A stretch of 62,601 nucleotides of DNA, the filler included, from Trichosphaerium sp. ATCC 40318 (Eukaryota > Protista > Tubulinea): NCBI GenBank assembly GCA_038496445.1. It is 3 parts of 3 records of this genome, joined end to end, with 100 filler letters (N's around TTAATTAATTAA, not from the genome) between each part and the next. Parts side by side here need not be neighbours in the genome. Positions count along the whole stretch, not along the records: positions 35,633 to 62,601 come from JALMLS010000259.1; 2 more parts are not named here. One strand, given 5' to 3'. Of the stretch, positions 45,556-57,913 are shown in pieces (position 1 is the stretch's first letter; each line of letters starts with the position of its first letter). The position numbers were made by a program, and so were the translations under genes. A model generated the notes under the pieces. It was not told where the DNA came from, searched no databases, and saw nothing but the letters and a program-made list of their open reading frames with translations.

Positions 45556-46665
45556 CCAAAGAATAGCTCGTACTTATCAATTAATAGCTGTAATAACTCA
45601 AGAGCATATGGAGAATCTTGCATCTGTGTAGTCAATGATTGATCCATAGGACGAAGTAGAGAAGGAGCAAAAACAATTGCCAAATTCTTACTGCTCATCA
45701 TATTAACTTCACTGTGCCTGTTTTTTTGGAAATTCTGGTTAACAAATGACTACTTTAATACTTAGACCAGAACCAATACGTACTGCGTAAGCTTATGCAA
45801 GTATCCAGTCAAGTAAGAAATAGTTTTAATGTTCACTTCAGGAAGAAGCTCCAAAACAGCTCTAATTTTATTCAACTTTGTCTCCATATCTGAAATACCA
45901 ACAGCTGCTAGAAGCATGTCATAAAATTCATATGAACATAGTGGTTCCTATGACAAGCATTAATACGCACTAAACACGAGACAACAATCAAAAAAAAAGA
46001 AAAAGTGGAAAAACAGATCGTCGGTTTCGTTTGGCTTTGTAGAAAACGGAATCGTACTGGTAGTTCTCTGAGGTAAAGTTTAAGAAGGCCTGCTACAGTG
46101 TGTATATCTGTTGTTGTGAAATCCACCGATTCGCCTTGTAACACATGACGTTAGCGCAATACGTTATTCAGTGCGTGTCACACTCACCTTTGTCGTATCG
46201 TTGGCGAAAGCTCTGAATTACTGAGTGCATACCAGAAACGCGAAATAGCCCTTCAGTTTCGTATCCTTTTAACGTTTAAGCATTAATTTACGTTTTTGGT
46301 GTGTTTACCTTGAGAATCCAAAAACTTTATGCATTTTGTCACTAGTGGCTCAGTTAGTGTATGAATAACGTCGTTATGTTGCGTTATAGTGTACCAACGC
46401 GAGGAATGAGTTTTGACTCCTCGTCCAGCGCCACACCAAAGACCTTGGTGTCTTCGCTATCCTGGTGCGATTTCTTAAACATAAAAGACATGCGGGATTT
46501 AATCTGTACTAAACGGTCCTGCAGGTGGGTTAGTTTATAAGCATTGTGCACTTGTACACATTCCTTTGATACGGAAAGTCTTCGTTCCAAAATTCGCGTT
46601 ACGCCGCTCTTGCCAGCCTCCATACGCAACGACTGCAAGGCATTGGATCCTTGTCTTCCTCTCAT
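45556..46665 (-). CDS. RhoGAP-domain protein (right arm plus spacer; 3' end lost at the junction)
   Basis: VFGVAL, EGLFRVSG (Arg finger), DIHTVAGLLKLYLRELPEPL, NMMSSKNLAIVFAPSLLRP. Confidence 0.92.
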
Positions 46666-46858
46666 TTGCTATTGCACTTCGCGTTTTTCGTTTGTGTACA
46701 AAAACGGTAATCGTATTACGCAACTAGACACCAAAGAACAAGTACAACGCTATGCGCCTTTCAGGTCTTCCAATTCGAGGTGAATGGCTTAAGCCGCCAA
46801 TTTAAGAATTACAGCCACTCGATTCTATTATTTCCTTGTGGCGCACTTTGTAGAGCTG

Positions 46859-47684
46859 ATGAAGGCAAAAGCGACAATAAAAAGTTATGCTAAGCTTGTT
46901 TGGTGGGAGTTGGTTGTAACAACGCTATTGTTGGTAATTATACTCGGTCACGCGGTAGTGTATGGCGTTTTACTGCCACCAAAGATTTCAACACATTTTA
47001 ATGATGGTACGCGCAATTAGCCTTGCTATGTGATGTATAGATTATTTACAACATCTAGGAGGCCAATCTGACACATTTATTGATAAAGCAAAAGTTGTTA
47101 CAATGTACGTTCTAGTAACACTAGTAGTGGCGTTATCCTTTGTTTTGGTACGTTATTTTACGTTCTACAAAATACAAAACCGAAAGCCAAACTGTTAATT
47201 TAAATCACAAGACTGCGCTGTTTGCTCCACGACTACCTGATAGCTGTATTCACATACCACACAAGGTACAGAAAATATAACAACAAAAGCTACAATTTCT
47301 TAATTCTACGTTGTAGAGGTACTTTATGGACCCATCACGAGTACAGTCAACGCATCTATTCATATCAAAGCTTTTACTTTGGTGTAATGTTGGAACGCTT
47401 GGTTTTGTTTTAATGGTATTTGGCGTTCTATTCGAAGCAAACAGAACACAGTTTATAAGGGACCATTTCACTGTGTTTGTATGGACGCTAATAAGTGAGT
47501 ATTACATTAACCGTTTTTTTTTTTTTTTGAGTGACAGGTTTTATGCTCACGTGCTATCTTAGGTCTGTTTTATATTGGTCTTTTTGCAGCGTTTATTCTT
47601 GCATGGCGTCACTTCAGAAACCATCGTAAAGAAAACGAAGATGATACTCAACACCTTAGAGAAACTGTACAATACAGAACATAG
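46859..47684 (+). CDS. DUF1648-like small membrane protein (right-arm copy)
   Basis: Mirror of 43793-44619. Confidence 0.65.
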
Positions 47685-47886
47685 TAGTAATAAACAAATA
47701 ATTTTTTTAAAGTATTTTGTACTCGTTAAGGTTTTTTTAATTAGTTATATCTTAGTATTTACATGTGGTACTACATCACAGCTTGAAAATACTTTGTGAA
47801 ATACCACTTAAAGGGATTAACCTAGCCATTTGTATAAAGAATCAAATATTTCAAGAAAAAGTCATCTTATCTTGACTTCCGTTGTA

Positions 47887-49535
47887 TCATTTTTTTCTCG
47901 AATAGAATTCTAGGCTTTGCTTTGCGCTATTATCCCATGACTCAATATTGTACTTTGGTATACCATCATATGAATCGCGAAGTGCAGTATATTCTTCTAA
48001 GTTAAGACTTCTTGAGGTAATATAAGCACATAGAAATGTAGGTTTCACCATTCTTGTTCGCGAGTTGATTGCTTACCTTACTTGATCCGCATAAAGCTCA
48101 GAATTCTTAACAACAGCTTTGATTGTTTGTTGAGAAAACGCGCCATTAAACTGTCTATAGATGACTGGAACATTTAATACATCTTGCCTTTTTTGAAACA
48201 AAAAAATATTAAAATACAGCCTTGACAATAAGATATTTTACTCTTATCCATCGTACCTTGCATAGCCCTAAAATTATTAGTATCCAGTAGATAAGATAAT
48301 GCAATATCGTACCATTTGAGATTCTGTCATAGGTCTTTGTGCCCAGTACATTGCGTTACTAGACATTTCAGCACGTGCTTCGTCCTTATGTTTGTTTACG
48401 CCACCAAAAGCGAATTTTCGCAGCAATGTGTTTAAACTCGCAGGTAGAGGTATACGTTTACCTTGTTGTTGCTGAAACAGTGCTACCAATAAAGAAGATA
48501 AACAGCCGATAGTGTAAACAAGAAAAAGGTACCAAAAGCTATTTGTGTGTCATAAACACGTGTCAGTTTTACGTTATGTCCATTCCTGCAACCTTGTTAG
48601 TAAATGCATTTGAATTGGTTTAATTACCATAAAACATCTGCGTCTTGTCTACAATCATGGAATATTTTCAGAATGTCTTTCGACTCCATAATCTAATTAC
48701 ATGCTTAGTCATCTACAGAAAGTTCAAAAATTATTCCATACTTCCTTTAAGCCTGCTGCCCATATGACTGATGCCTGGAGTGTTACAAAATCGAATAAGT
48801 ATACCAAGTCATCAGGTACAGCAAGCTGTAAAAGACAAAGAGTGGCATCCCTTCCGTCGCCTTAAGGGTTTCTATTAGCTTCCTTACTTCGGTTACAATC
48901 TCCTTTTACCTATCCACTCAAGGTCCACTGCTATTACTTTTGTTTGGCGAGCACCTTTTCTACCAAGAACCTCATTTATCTGGAGACCTGTGAGACAAAA
49001 CAAAAAAAAATGCTTAATATTTTCACTGAACTCATTTGACATTTTGACACTTACACGTTTGACAGCTGCCTCTGCTTTATCTTTTGTATCAATAAGAGGT
49101 TTATCACCAAGTATATCTTGTTCTTCATCCTCATCAGAGTCACTCACATCGAATTCTGCGCGTAGAGCCTAAAAATTACGTAAGTTTTGGGTGAACTCTT
49201 AGAAAATGTTGTTTGTACTTGGAGTTCTGAGCTGATTACTGGTGCAGGCTTATTTTTCTCTTCCTCCAGCTTTCTACGTTTACGTTCACGTTTTTCTCGT
49301 AGCTACAGGCTTGTTATTGGGTTTTTAATTCATCATCGAGTTTTTAAACGTGCTTTCGTAACGTCTGCGTCCATTTGGTCTTCATAGCTCATTTCAGCGC
49401 GACGTTTCTTATTTGTTGGCTTATGTTTTGTAATTGTTGGTAAAACCGCCTCTGGTATAATGATTAATCGCCTACGTTAACAAGCGCAACTTTACCTTTC
49501 TTTTTAGACATGGACTTCATGATAGACGCCAACAT
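47887..49535 (-). CDS. EXD1/Egalitarian-like exonuclease (right-arm copy)
   Basis: Mirror of 41938-43591 with several substitutions in the 3' part (e.g. SLSIEE vs SLNLEE). Confidence 0.88.
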
Positions 49536-49764
49536 TACCGGCAATATAGCTTTACCCTTTCCGGGCTATCCCTGCAATGCTTTTTATGCTGTTTAAGTGA
49601 TTAATAATTGTACTTTTTTTCACAGAAGCTTGAGTCTATGAAAGCACGTCTACACTATTCTGCGGTAATTGGCGACCACTATAAATGTGCATGCTTGTTT
49701 TGGCGTCGTCAACAATCTTCTTATGATCACGTGCCATTTTAGAATTTTAGCTTTTAACTCGATT

Positions 49765-52015
49765 ATGGACGACATCAGTACAGGTACCTTGGAGTCTACC
49801 AGCGACTCTGAGGAAAGATCTAGTTCAAATACTAGCGAAAGCGATAAAAACAACGCCACAACAGCATGGGAACTTCACGGTTGGTATTCTTATGATTGGT
49901 AAGGCTTCCAATAGTTTTATTGTAGACTACACCTTTTGTGATTCAACGATGTTAATGTGAGCTAACTCTACTTTAAAGGGCCAACTCTGTGTACCCCTTC
50001 GTTGTTATAAATGGGTTCTTGCCAATTTTGTTAAATGACTTTGCAAAATTTAGCGCTGGATCAGATTGTAAAGTTAACCTCGGTTGGGTAAAACTAAATC
50101 CAGCGTATGTACCGTATTTTGAGTCGTCATTTATCGTCATGAGTATAATTTTCCAGTATACATACTAAAAGTGATCGTAGAGCGTATGCTAGCGTGATAG
50201 TCGGACTATCAGTGCTGTTCCAAATCGTCGCATATATTTTGTTTGGTAGGCATACTTTTTTGGGAAAATTTCTCACTCTTTGTCTTTAGGTTCGTTCGCC
50301 GATTTTGGACCTTCCAGGAAACCAGCTTTGATTGTTACAACTGTTTTGGGAAGTATCATGACGATGGCTGTCGCTTTCATAGTAAAATCGTCTTTGTATT
50401 GGCTTGTAGGTGTCCTAGCAATTTTATCTAATGTCATGTTTGGGTTGGCAAACATTTACTATAATTCATATCTCCCTTTTCTCGTAAGACATCATCCAAA
50501 GTACTTAAAAGTTTCAAAAGAAACCAAAGAAGTCAAAAGAAAAGTACGTCAAAGACACACGGGCGCTAAAGAAAGAGCAATAAACTGAACTAAAGTTATT
50601 TCAGGTTGAGGATAAGGTATCAAACTATGTGTCTAAAATTGGATTTATTTATGGTTATTCTGCTGCATTGATTATTCTAGTAATATCTATTGGCTTTATC
50701 TTTCTTTTTACAAACCCTTTCGACATGGAAACAACTATACGGCACGCACAAAAAGTAAATTCCGCCATGTTAAGTTTGTAGGTGCCAAGATTACTTAAAC
50801 TCGAACTCTACACAATTTATTGAGGATGATAGTACAACAGGATATCGAGTGGTAACTAAGATAGTGTTTATTTATGTTTTTTATTCAACATTCCTCGCTT
50901 TAGGCTATTGGCGTTGGAGGACTTTGGTGGTTTGCATTCTCGTTTTTTTCTTATTTTCTTGTGCGGCGACACGTTGGTAAACCATTGCCTGAAGGATCTA
51001 ACTATATTGCGGAATCATTCAAAACAGGTACATGAGTATAAGTAGTTATATGTTTGCTTACAGTAAGTTTAAGTGTATCATACATTCCTAAAGATCAAGA
51101 AATTTCCAAATCTTGCACTGTTTCTGTTGGCATGGTTTGTCTACTCCGATGCTTTTGAATTAATTGCGTACGTACTGAAGCGCGTTTATAATTCCACTCA
51201 TTTTAGACTCAGATCTCTTGGTACTCTTTTTGCTAATGAGGAACTTGGTGCATCTGGCGAAATCTTGGCAGGAGTACTAATAGTGGTAAGTTAATTGTTG
51301 TCCTATTTTTTTTTGAGGACTTTGTTTAGACGCCAATTTTCGGTCTTATTGGTACTGTGTTTTGGCTAAAGATTAAACAATGGTTTTCTTTAAGTAATAA
51401 GACTATGATATTTATCTTTATTGGGTGGCTCCTTGTTCTTCCTATTTACTCTATGATTGGTTTTTCGGGTGTATTTGGTACAGTTTTTTCAACAAAACCC
51501 AGCTGTCACATGTGCATAACGGCTGACTGTTTCAATAGGGTTAACGAGTAAGTGGGAATTATTCCCGGTTGTGATTTGGTATGGATTTTGTCTTGGTGCT
51601 ATACAATCTGTTAGCCGGTAAGAAGTTCAATGGAGTAATTTCTGCGGTCTATTTTTTGTATTAAAAGTTGACTGTTTTTTTTTTAGCGTTTTATTTGCAA
51701 GTCTTGTTCCTCCTGGCTATGAAAGCGAGTTTTTCGGGTTCTTTGAAATTACAAATCGCGGAAGTACATGGGTAGGACCTTTTGTTGCTGCTGGATTAAA
51801 GGAAGCCACTGGAACACTTAGATGGGCATTTTTATATGTTCTTGTATGCTTTGTTACCGAAACTCTTGATGAAATGTTCACAGTCTATTTAGGTAGCTTT
51901 GTTGATATCACTGCCGTTAATGTACTTTGTAAATGTCAAAAAGGGTAGGGAACAAGCCATCAAAGGCGCAAAACAGCTAAACAAGATTGATGATGTTGAG
52001 TCATCAGTCGGGTAA
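49765..52015 (+). CDS. Atg22/UMF1-family MFS transporter (right-arm copy)
   Basis: Mirror of 39459-41708. Confidence 0.9.
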
Positions 52016-52569
52016 TAAACTAGAATTATCCAACAGAATATGTACTTTTTCTAATACATTTTGTGGATAACAACTTCAGTTTACGCCAGTTCTTGCACTT
52101 TCAGTTCAAAGGTTGACAGCTGATTTTTTTTGCGCTCAAGAATGGTTCAAAGCAAAGAATTTCAGTGTTTGGAGGAGTTTTTAAAACAAAAGCCGTTACC
52201 GCTATGTACTCAAACAAAAACCCAGCGTTAATAAGTTCTAGGGCTGAGTTGCATAACCAAGGTGGTGGGTTAGCTTTTTGATAGTATGAAGCATACAAGA
52301 TGAAGTTTTCGAGGTGCTATAAACAAGTGATAACTGTAATCCTGACTTAAACATACTCTTCTTTTTATCCGACAGCCCGAGTGCCATGAACTCACATTGT
52401 ACAAAGGTGGACTATCTCATTATCAACAGACTATGGTGTAATCTAATAATAGCTACAATTACAACCGCACTTTCACAGAATAGCTTTTTTTGTGATTTCT
52501 CGGTAATAAAACACGTGGCTACTAATCTCGCTTTACCTTTGTTAATTACGCACTCACACTACTGATTTG

Positions 52570-54036
52570 ATGCTAAAAAAAAGTTTAAACGCTGAAGATC
52601 ATAGGTAAGCGCTACATTACTCTATATCGCATTCTAACGCAATCAAAAGAGCGCAAATAAGCATATTAGACTTCCCAACAGAGATTTTAGCAACCATCTT
52701 ACGCCAAACTACAAAAGCACGTTTTGCAGCTTCTCAAACCTGTCATCGTATTGCCTCTATCATCCATGACATTATAGGATACTCAAAGGTTTGTATTTCA
52801 AGTGTTGCGCAGGCAAAAGCACTCTTACAACATTCAAGCACTCTTCAGCACACGAAAGTCAAAATTAAGTACAAAGAATTATGGTGTCCTGATGATGTTG
52901 TCAAAGCACTTGCTGGCATTCGTTCAATCGATATTAATTCTTGCAATGTAACAGATGAAGCCATCAAGGCACTGTCTGGCGTTCATACCATTAATATAAA
53001 ATTTTGTACTTGGATTACAGACGAAGGTGTCAAGGCACTTTCTGGTGTCCACACTATTGGTCTCAGTTTTACAAATGTAACAGATAAAGGGTTAAAAGCT
53101 CTTTCTGGTGTACATAAAATTGAGCTTAATGGTTCTACAAAAATAACAGATGAAGGGATAAAAGCTCTTTCTGGTGTACATAAAATTACTCTCGGTTCTA
53201 CAAATGTAACAGATGAAGGGTTAAAAGCTCTTTCTGGTGTACATGAAATTGATCTTAGTGGATGTAACAACATAACAGACAAAGGAATAACAGCCCTTTC
53301 TGGTGTACACACTATTGATGTCGGTTCTACAAAAATAACAGATGAAGGGTTAAAAGCTCTTTCTGGTGTACACACTATTGATCTCACTTATACAAGAATA
53401 ACAGATGAAGGGATAAAAGCTCTTTCTGGTGTACATAAAATTAATCTCTGTTCTAGAAATGTAACAGATGAAGGGATAAAAGCTCTTTCTGGTGTACACA
53501 CTATTAATCTCGGTTCTACAAAAATAACAGATGAAGGGCTAGTAGCTCTTTCTGGAGTACATGAAATTAACCTGGTGGGTTGTAAAGGTATTTCAGATTA
53601 CGGCATAAAGGCTCTTTCTGGCGTACATAAGATTGAGCTTAATGGATGTAAAAACATAACAGACAAAGGGATAACAGCTCTTTCTGGTGTACACACTATT
53701 AATCTCGGTTCTACAAATGTAACAGATGAAGGGATAAAAGCTCTTTCTGGTGTACACACTATTAATCTCAGTTTTACAAAAATAACAGATGAAGGGCTAG
53801 TAGCTCTTTCTGGAGTACATGAAATTAACCTGGTGGGTTGTAAAGGTATTTCAGATTATGGCATAAAGGCTCTTTCTGGTGTACACACTATTGATGTCGG
53901 TTTCACAAATATAACAGATGAAGGGCTAGTAGCCCTTTCTAGTGCCCACAAAATTGGTCTACGAGGGTGTCAAGGCATAACAGATGACGGTGTCATATCT
54001 CTTTCTAGTGTACATACAATTATAGGCCGACATTGA
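52570..54036 (+). CDS. F-box-LRR protein, apparently intact (one 5' intron)
   Basis: MLKKSLNAEDHR|AQISILDFPTEILATIL...SQTCHRIASII is continuous with ~17 LRRs. The ORF track starts late only because no in-frame start codon occurs earlier. Confidence 0.85.
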
Positions 54037-55964
54037 GCGGTGTTTATGAAACGTAGTGTACTACCAGAAGTGCTTACTCCAGATTAGCTTTAGAAAAAAT
54101 AAAAGATTCCATTCATCAATTTCAGACTTGCTACCCACTATTAAGTCTCTTTTTTATTAAAAGCAATGGGAGGTAGGCTGAGCACGATCATACACAGTCC
54201 AGACCAAACCCTATTGTGGAATTTGCTGCCTAATGAAGTGTTTGTTCAAATCCTTTTTAAATTACCTGTTATTTCTGTTATAAGCCTGGGTACGCGTAAA
54301 TACTGTTTTCAAATAAATACAGCATAAACAATTTCGTTAAACATTCCGTTAACGTTTTAAAAAGGAGCCACGTGTCATGAAATACATGATAGAACCTGTT
54401 TTAATGAATACTATTGGAAGAAAACATGCTTACAATCGTTTTACGTTTCAAAAGCGTTAAAGTCGAAGTACACGTCTTGGTATAATGTAAGATACTAGGT
54501 TTACGCCGAATCCGTTATGCTAAAGCTCTATTAAGGTGTATAAAGAAATATCAAAGTCGGAAAAGATAAATATTGTCATTTACAGCTACAAGATGCACAA
54601 GGTGTTTAAGAAAATGTTCAACATAGATACAGTCACTGACCGAAGTGCACATACAAATGAACACTACAACACATGGGAAAACGTGGAAGAAGGATATGTT
54701 AGGCATTGTGTACGTCGTTGATTTTGAAGAAACACGAAATAAATCACGTGCCAACTTAGAAAACTAGAAAACTCTCCTATAGCGTCTACGCAAGGAAGCA
54801 GTCTTGACCGCCTTTAACATAGCTGTAAGATAAACTTTCTTATCTAGTTCCAACGACTAAGATACTATAAGCTCGTTTATTAACCTAATAGTTGTGCCCA
54901 TCCTGCAACTTATGTTTCTTTTTTCTTTCAATTAAACAACTTATTTTGTACTCTCATGGATACTAATGCTTCGTTATAGGTTGTCGTTTCTGACATTTGT
55001 ATTGAAAATAGTAAACAACTAGTGCGCATTCAACTAGTAATGTACCACAACTTGGATGGATTCGAAATGGCCATTGGGTACTACTCAATAAAAACCACTT
55101 AAACAAACGCATAGTTTTAGGCCAAGGATGCTGCTGTTCCCAAAAAACAACAAAACTTCTATTTTAATGGAAGATGTATCCCTTAGGAAAACGGTAATAA
55201 CTAACTATATCACCTGATTTTCACGTGACTTGCAAAAACAAACATTGGAAAAAGTACACTTTTTTATTCGATTTTCATTCTTTTCATAGGGAGATGTAGA
55301 GTATATTTTACATGCAAGAAGGGGATCAACAGATGGAATAGCATTCAAAGAGAATAGTTCAGAAAGCAGAGTACATTTAAAGTACTCTGATAATCTTCTA
55401 CAAATACTTGAATCTCTGCTGTCTTTTTACTTTTCACAACAAAATCAGACAGCCAAGGGTGGCTTTGACATTATTCAAAAGGTACAATAGTAACGATTCT
55501 TTAGTAGCAAATACTCAGTTGTTTGCTAGGGACGCTGGACGAGTTGTGTTGATATTTCACCTGACCCTTGGGGTTACAGAGAATTTGGATTAGGAAAGTT
55601 ACCAAAATTATTTCTTGAAAGTAGATACACATGGATAAAGCCACCATGTTTCAGGTGTGGTATGGGCTAACCGTAAAAGAGCTCTTCGTTAAAGTAGCTT
55701 TAAAATCAACAAAACTAGAGAAGGAAAACTGGAGTCACTAAACGACAAATTGTCAACATTTGTCATACATATTGGTTGTTGTAGCAGCATTTTGATTTGG
55801 TATCATCAGGTTGAGACACTGTTGACTAAATAAAATTAGTGTAAAGACGAACCTGGCCTCACATAGTACTCCTTAATAAGTATGCTGTTGTCACGATGAA
55901 TCGTTTATTGACATTGAGGCTTAAACTAATAAGTCAACTTTGTAAGTACAAAAAAAGTTGTAAC

Positions 55965-57596
55965 ATGGAGAGCAACGGTTCAAATAGGAGTATATTTGAG
56001 CTCACAGCGCTTCCGGTTGAGATAATAGTTCATATCTTAAAGTCTGGAACGTTTACGCTGCAGCCCAAACGTGTCATTTATTGCGAGATATCGTACACAA
56101 CCATGTGGGATACAAAGAAATTAGAGTTAAGAGCGAAGATGAGTTATTTATGCTTTCTGGCAGTCCTTTGCTTCAGAATACACGCATTTCATTGTACAAC
56201 CATTTTCGTGAGGTTACTAACGACAGCCACTTGCGTTTACTTTCAGGAGTACAATCAATAGACTTGAGGGGTTGTGACGGAATAACAGATGAAGGCATCC
56301 AGGCACTGTCCGGAGTACACCAAATTAATCTATCAAACACAAACATAAGTAATGAAGGCCTAAAGGCGTTGGCAGGTGTACACGAAATAGACTTATATAA
56401 GTGTGCAGAAATAACACGTGGAGGTGTTAAAGTATTGGCTGGCGTACACACAATTAATTTATACTATGTAGATGTATGTGATGAGGATCTCAAGGCATTG
56501 GCTGGCGTTCATTCTATAAACTTGAGTGGCTCTGACCTCATAACAAATAAAGGATTAAAAGCTTTGTCTGGGATACATACTATCCAGTTAGACAGTCAGT
56601 TGATAACAGATGAGGGTATCATCGCATTAGCTGGAGTACATACTATCGGCTTAGCAGGCACAAAAGTGTCGGACAAAGGTGTGAAGGCATTGGCTGGAGT
56701 TCATACAATTGATTTGAACGGATGTCATGTAATTACAAGCGAGGGTTTAAAAGCGTTATCTGGCGTACATACTATCAACCTGGAAGACTGCCCTTGGGTG
56801 TCAGATGAAGGACTGAAATCATTGGCTGAAATCATTGGCTGGCGTGTATAACATCAACTTGGCTTTTTGTTCTGGAATAACAGATGCAGGAGTTAAATCG
56901 CTGGCTGGTGTTAGTAAGATTGATTTATCACACACAGCAATTACAGATGAAGGGTTGAGAGCACTTGCAGGTGTTATAAAAATCACATTGACTCGTTGTA
57001 AGGAAATAACAGATGAAGGAGTCAAAGCTTTGGCTGGTGTAAAGAAAATCAACTTGTCCAAGTGTAGACAGATAACTGATGAGGGCATCAAAGCGTTATC
57101 TGGTGTAGAGACTATCGACTTAAAGTTTTGTTGCAAAATAACAGATGAAGGCATAAAGGCGCTGTCTGGTGTAAAACAAATTAACTTAGCTTCATTATAC
57201 AAAATCACAGATGAAGGTCTCAAGGCATTGGCTGGTGTGAAGGATATTTCTTTGCAAGACTGCACATTAATAACAGATGAGGGTATTGCTGCATTAGTTG
57301 GAGTACAGATCATTGATTTATCATCAACAAATGTTGGTGATAAGAGCTTGAAAGTATTATCAGGTGCACACCGTATAAAATTAAGCAGTTGTCAAAGAAT
57401 AACAGATGAAGGCATCAAGTCATTGGCTAATGTTAACACATTATACTTTAAGTGTTGTACAACAATAACAGATGAGGGGCTCAAGGCATTAACTGGAGTA
57501 ACTTGTATTTATTTACGTGATTGTATCAATATAAGTGACGAGGCCATGAATATATTACGTACACAAGGTGTACGTGTATATGACCTTTCATTCTAA
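55965..57596 (+). pseudogene. F-box-LRR paralogue with two frameshifts
   Basis: LTALPVEIIVHIL, a shift near 56048 into NVYAAAQTCHLLRDIV, then LRRs. A 13-bp tandem duplication CTGAAATCATTGG (56813-56838) splits the array. Confidence 0.8.
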
Positions 57597-57913
57597 CTTT
57601 ATTTGGTTTTTTTTCATCTTGAAAGAGCACCCAATTTGTGATTGTTGTTCCCCCTGTAAATATGTGTTACCACCATTGGATATCGGATGTTCGAACCAGT
57701 GGACAGCGGTTGAATGGTAATGTACCCTCTGATGTTTATGGCCATATTGCTCGAGCAAGTACAGTTTAATATTTGACGTCTCATGTTATTTGCTTTCGCT
57801 TCTAGGTGATTGCAGAGGTAAAACATTAGAACAAGTAACATATGTACAAATAGTGACTATAGCAGTAAACAAAACGAAAACGCGATTTACGAAGTGCTTA
57901 TTTATTATCCAAG

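Larger units (their letters stand above)
35633..55847. repeat. 20.2-kb palindrome: arms 35633-45543 and 45937-55847, 393-bp spacer
   Basis: Contig start TCTTTACACTAATTTT is the reverse complement of the sequence ending at 55847. All ORFs are mirrored; the arms carry scattered substitutions and indels. Confidence 0.97.

Noticed and set aside
57620-57740. Possible structured ncRNA or snoRNA (also 33145-33200)
   Set aside because: Only weak stems and imperfect box motifs; not supportable without a covariance search.
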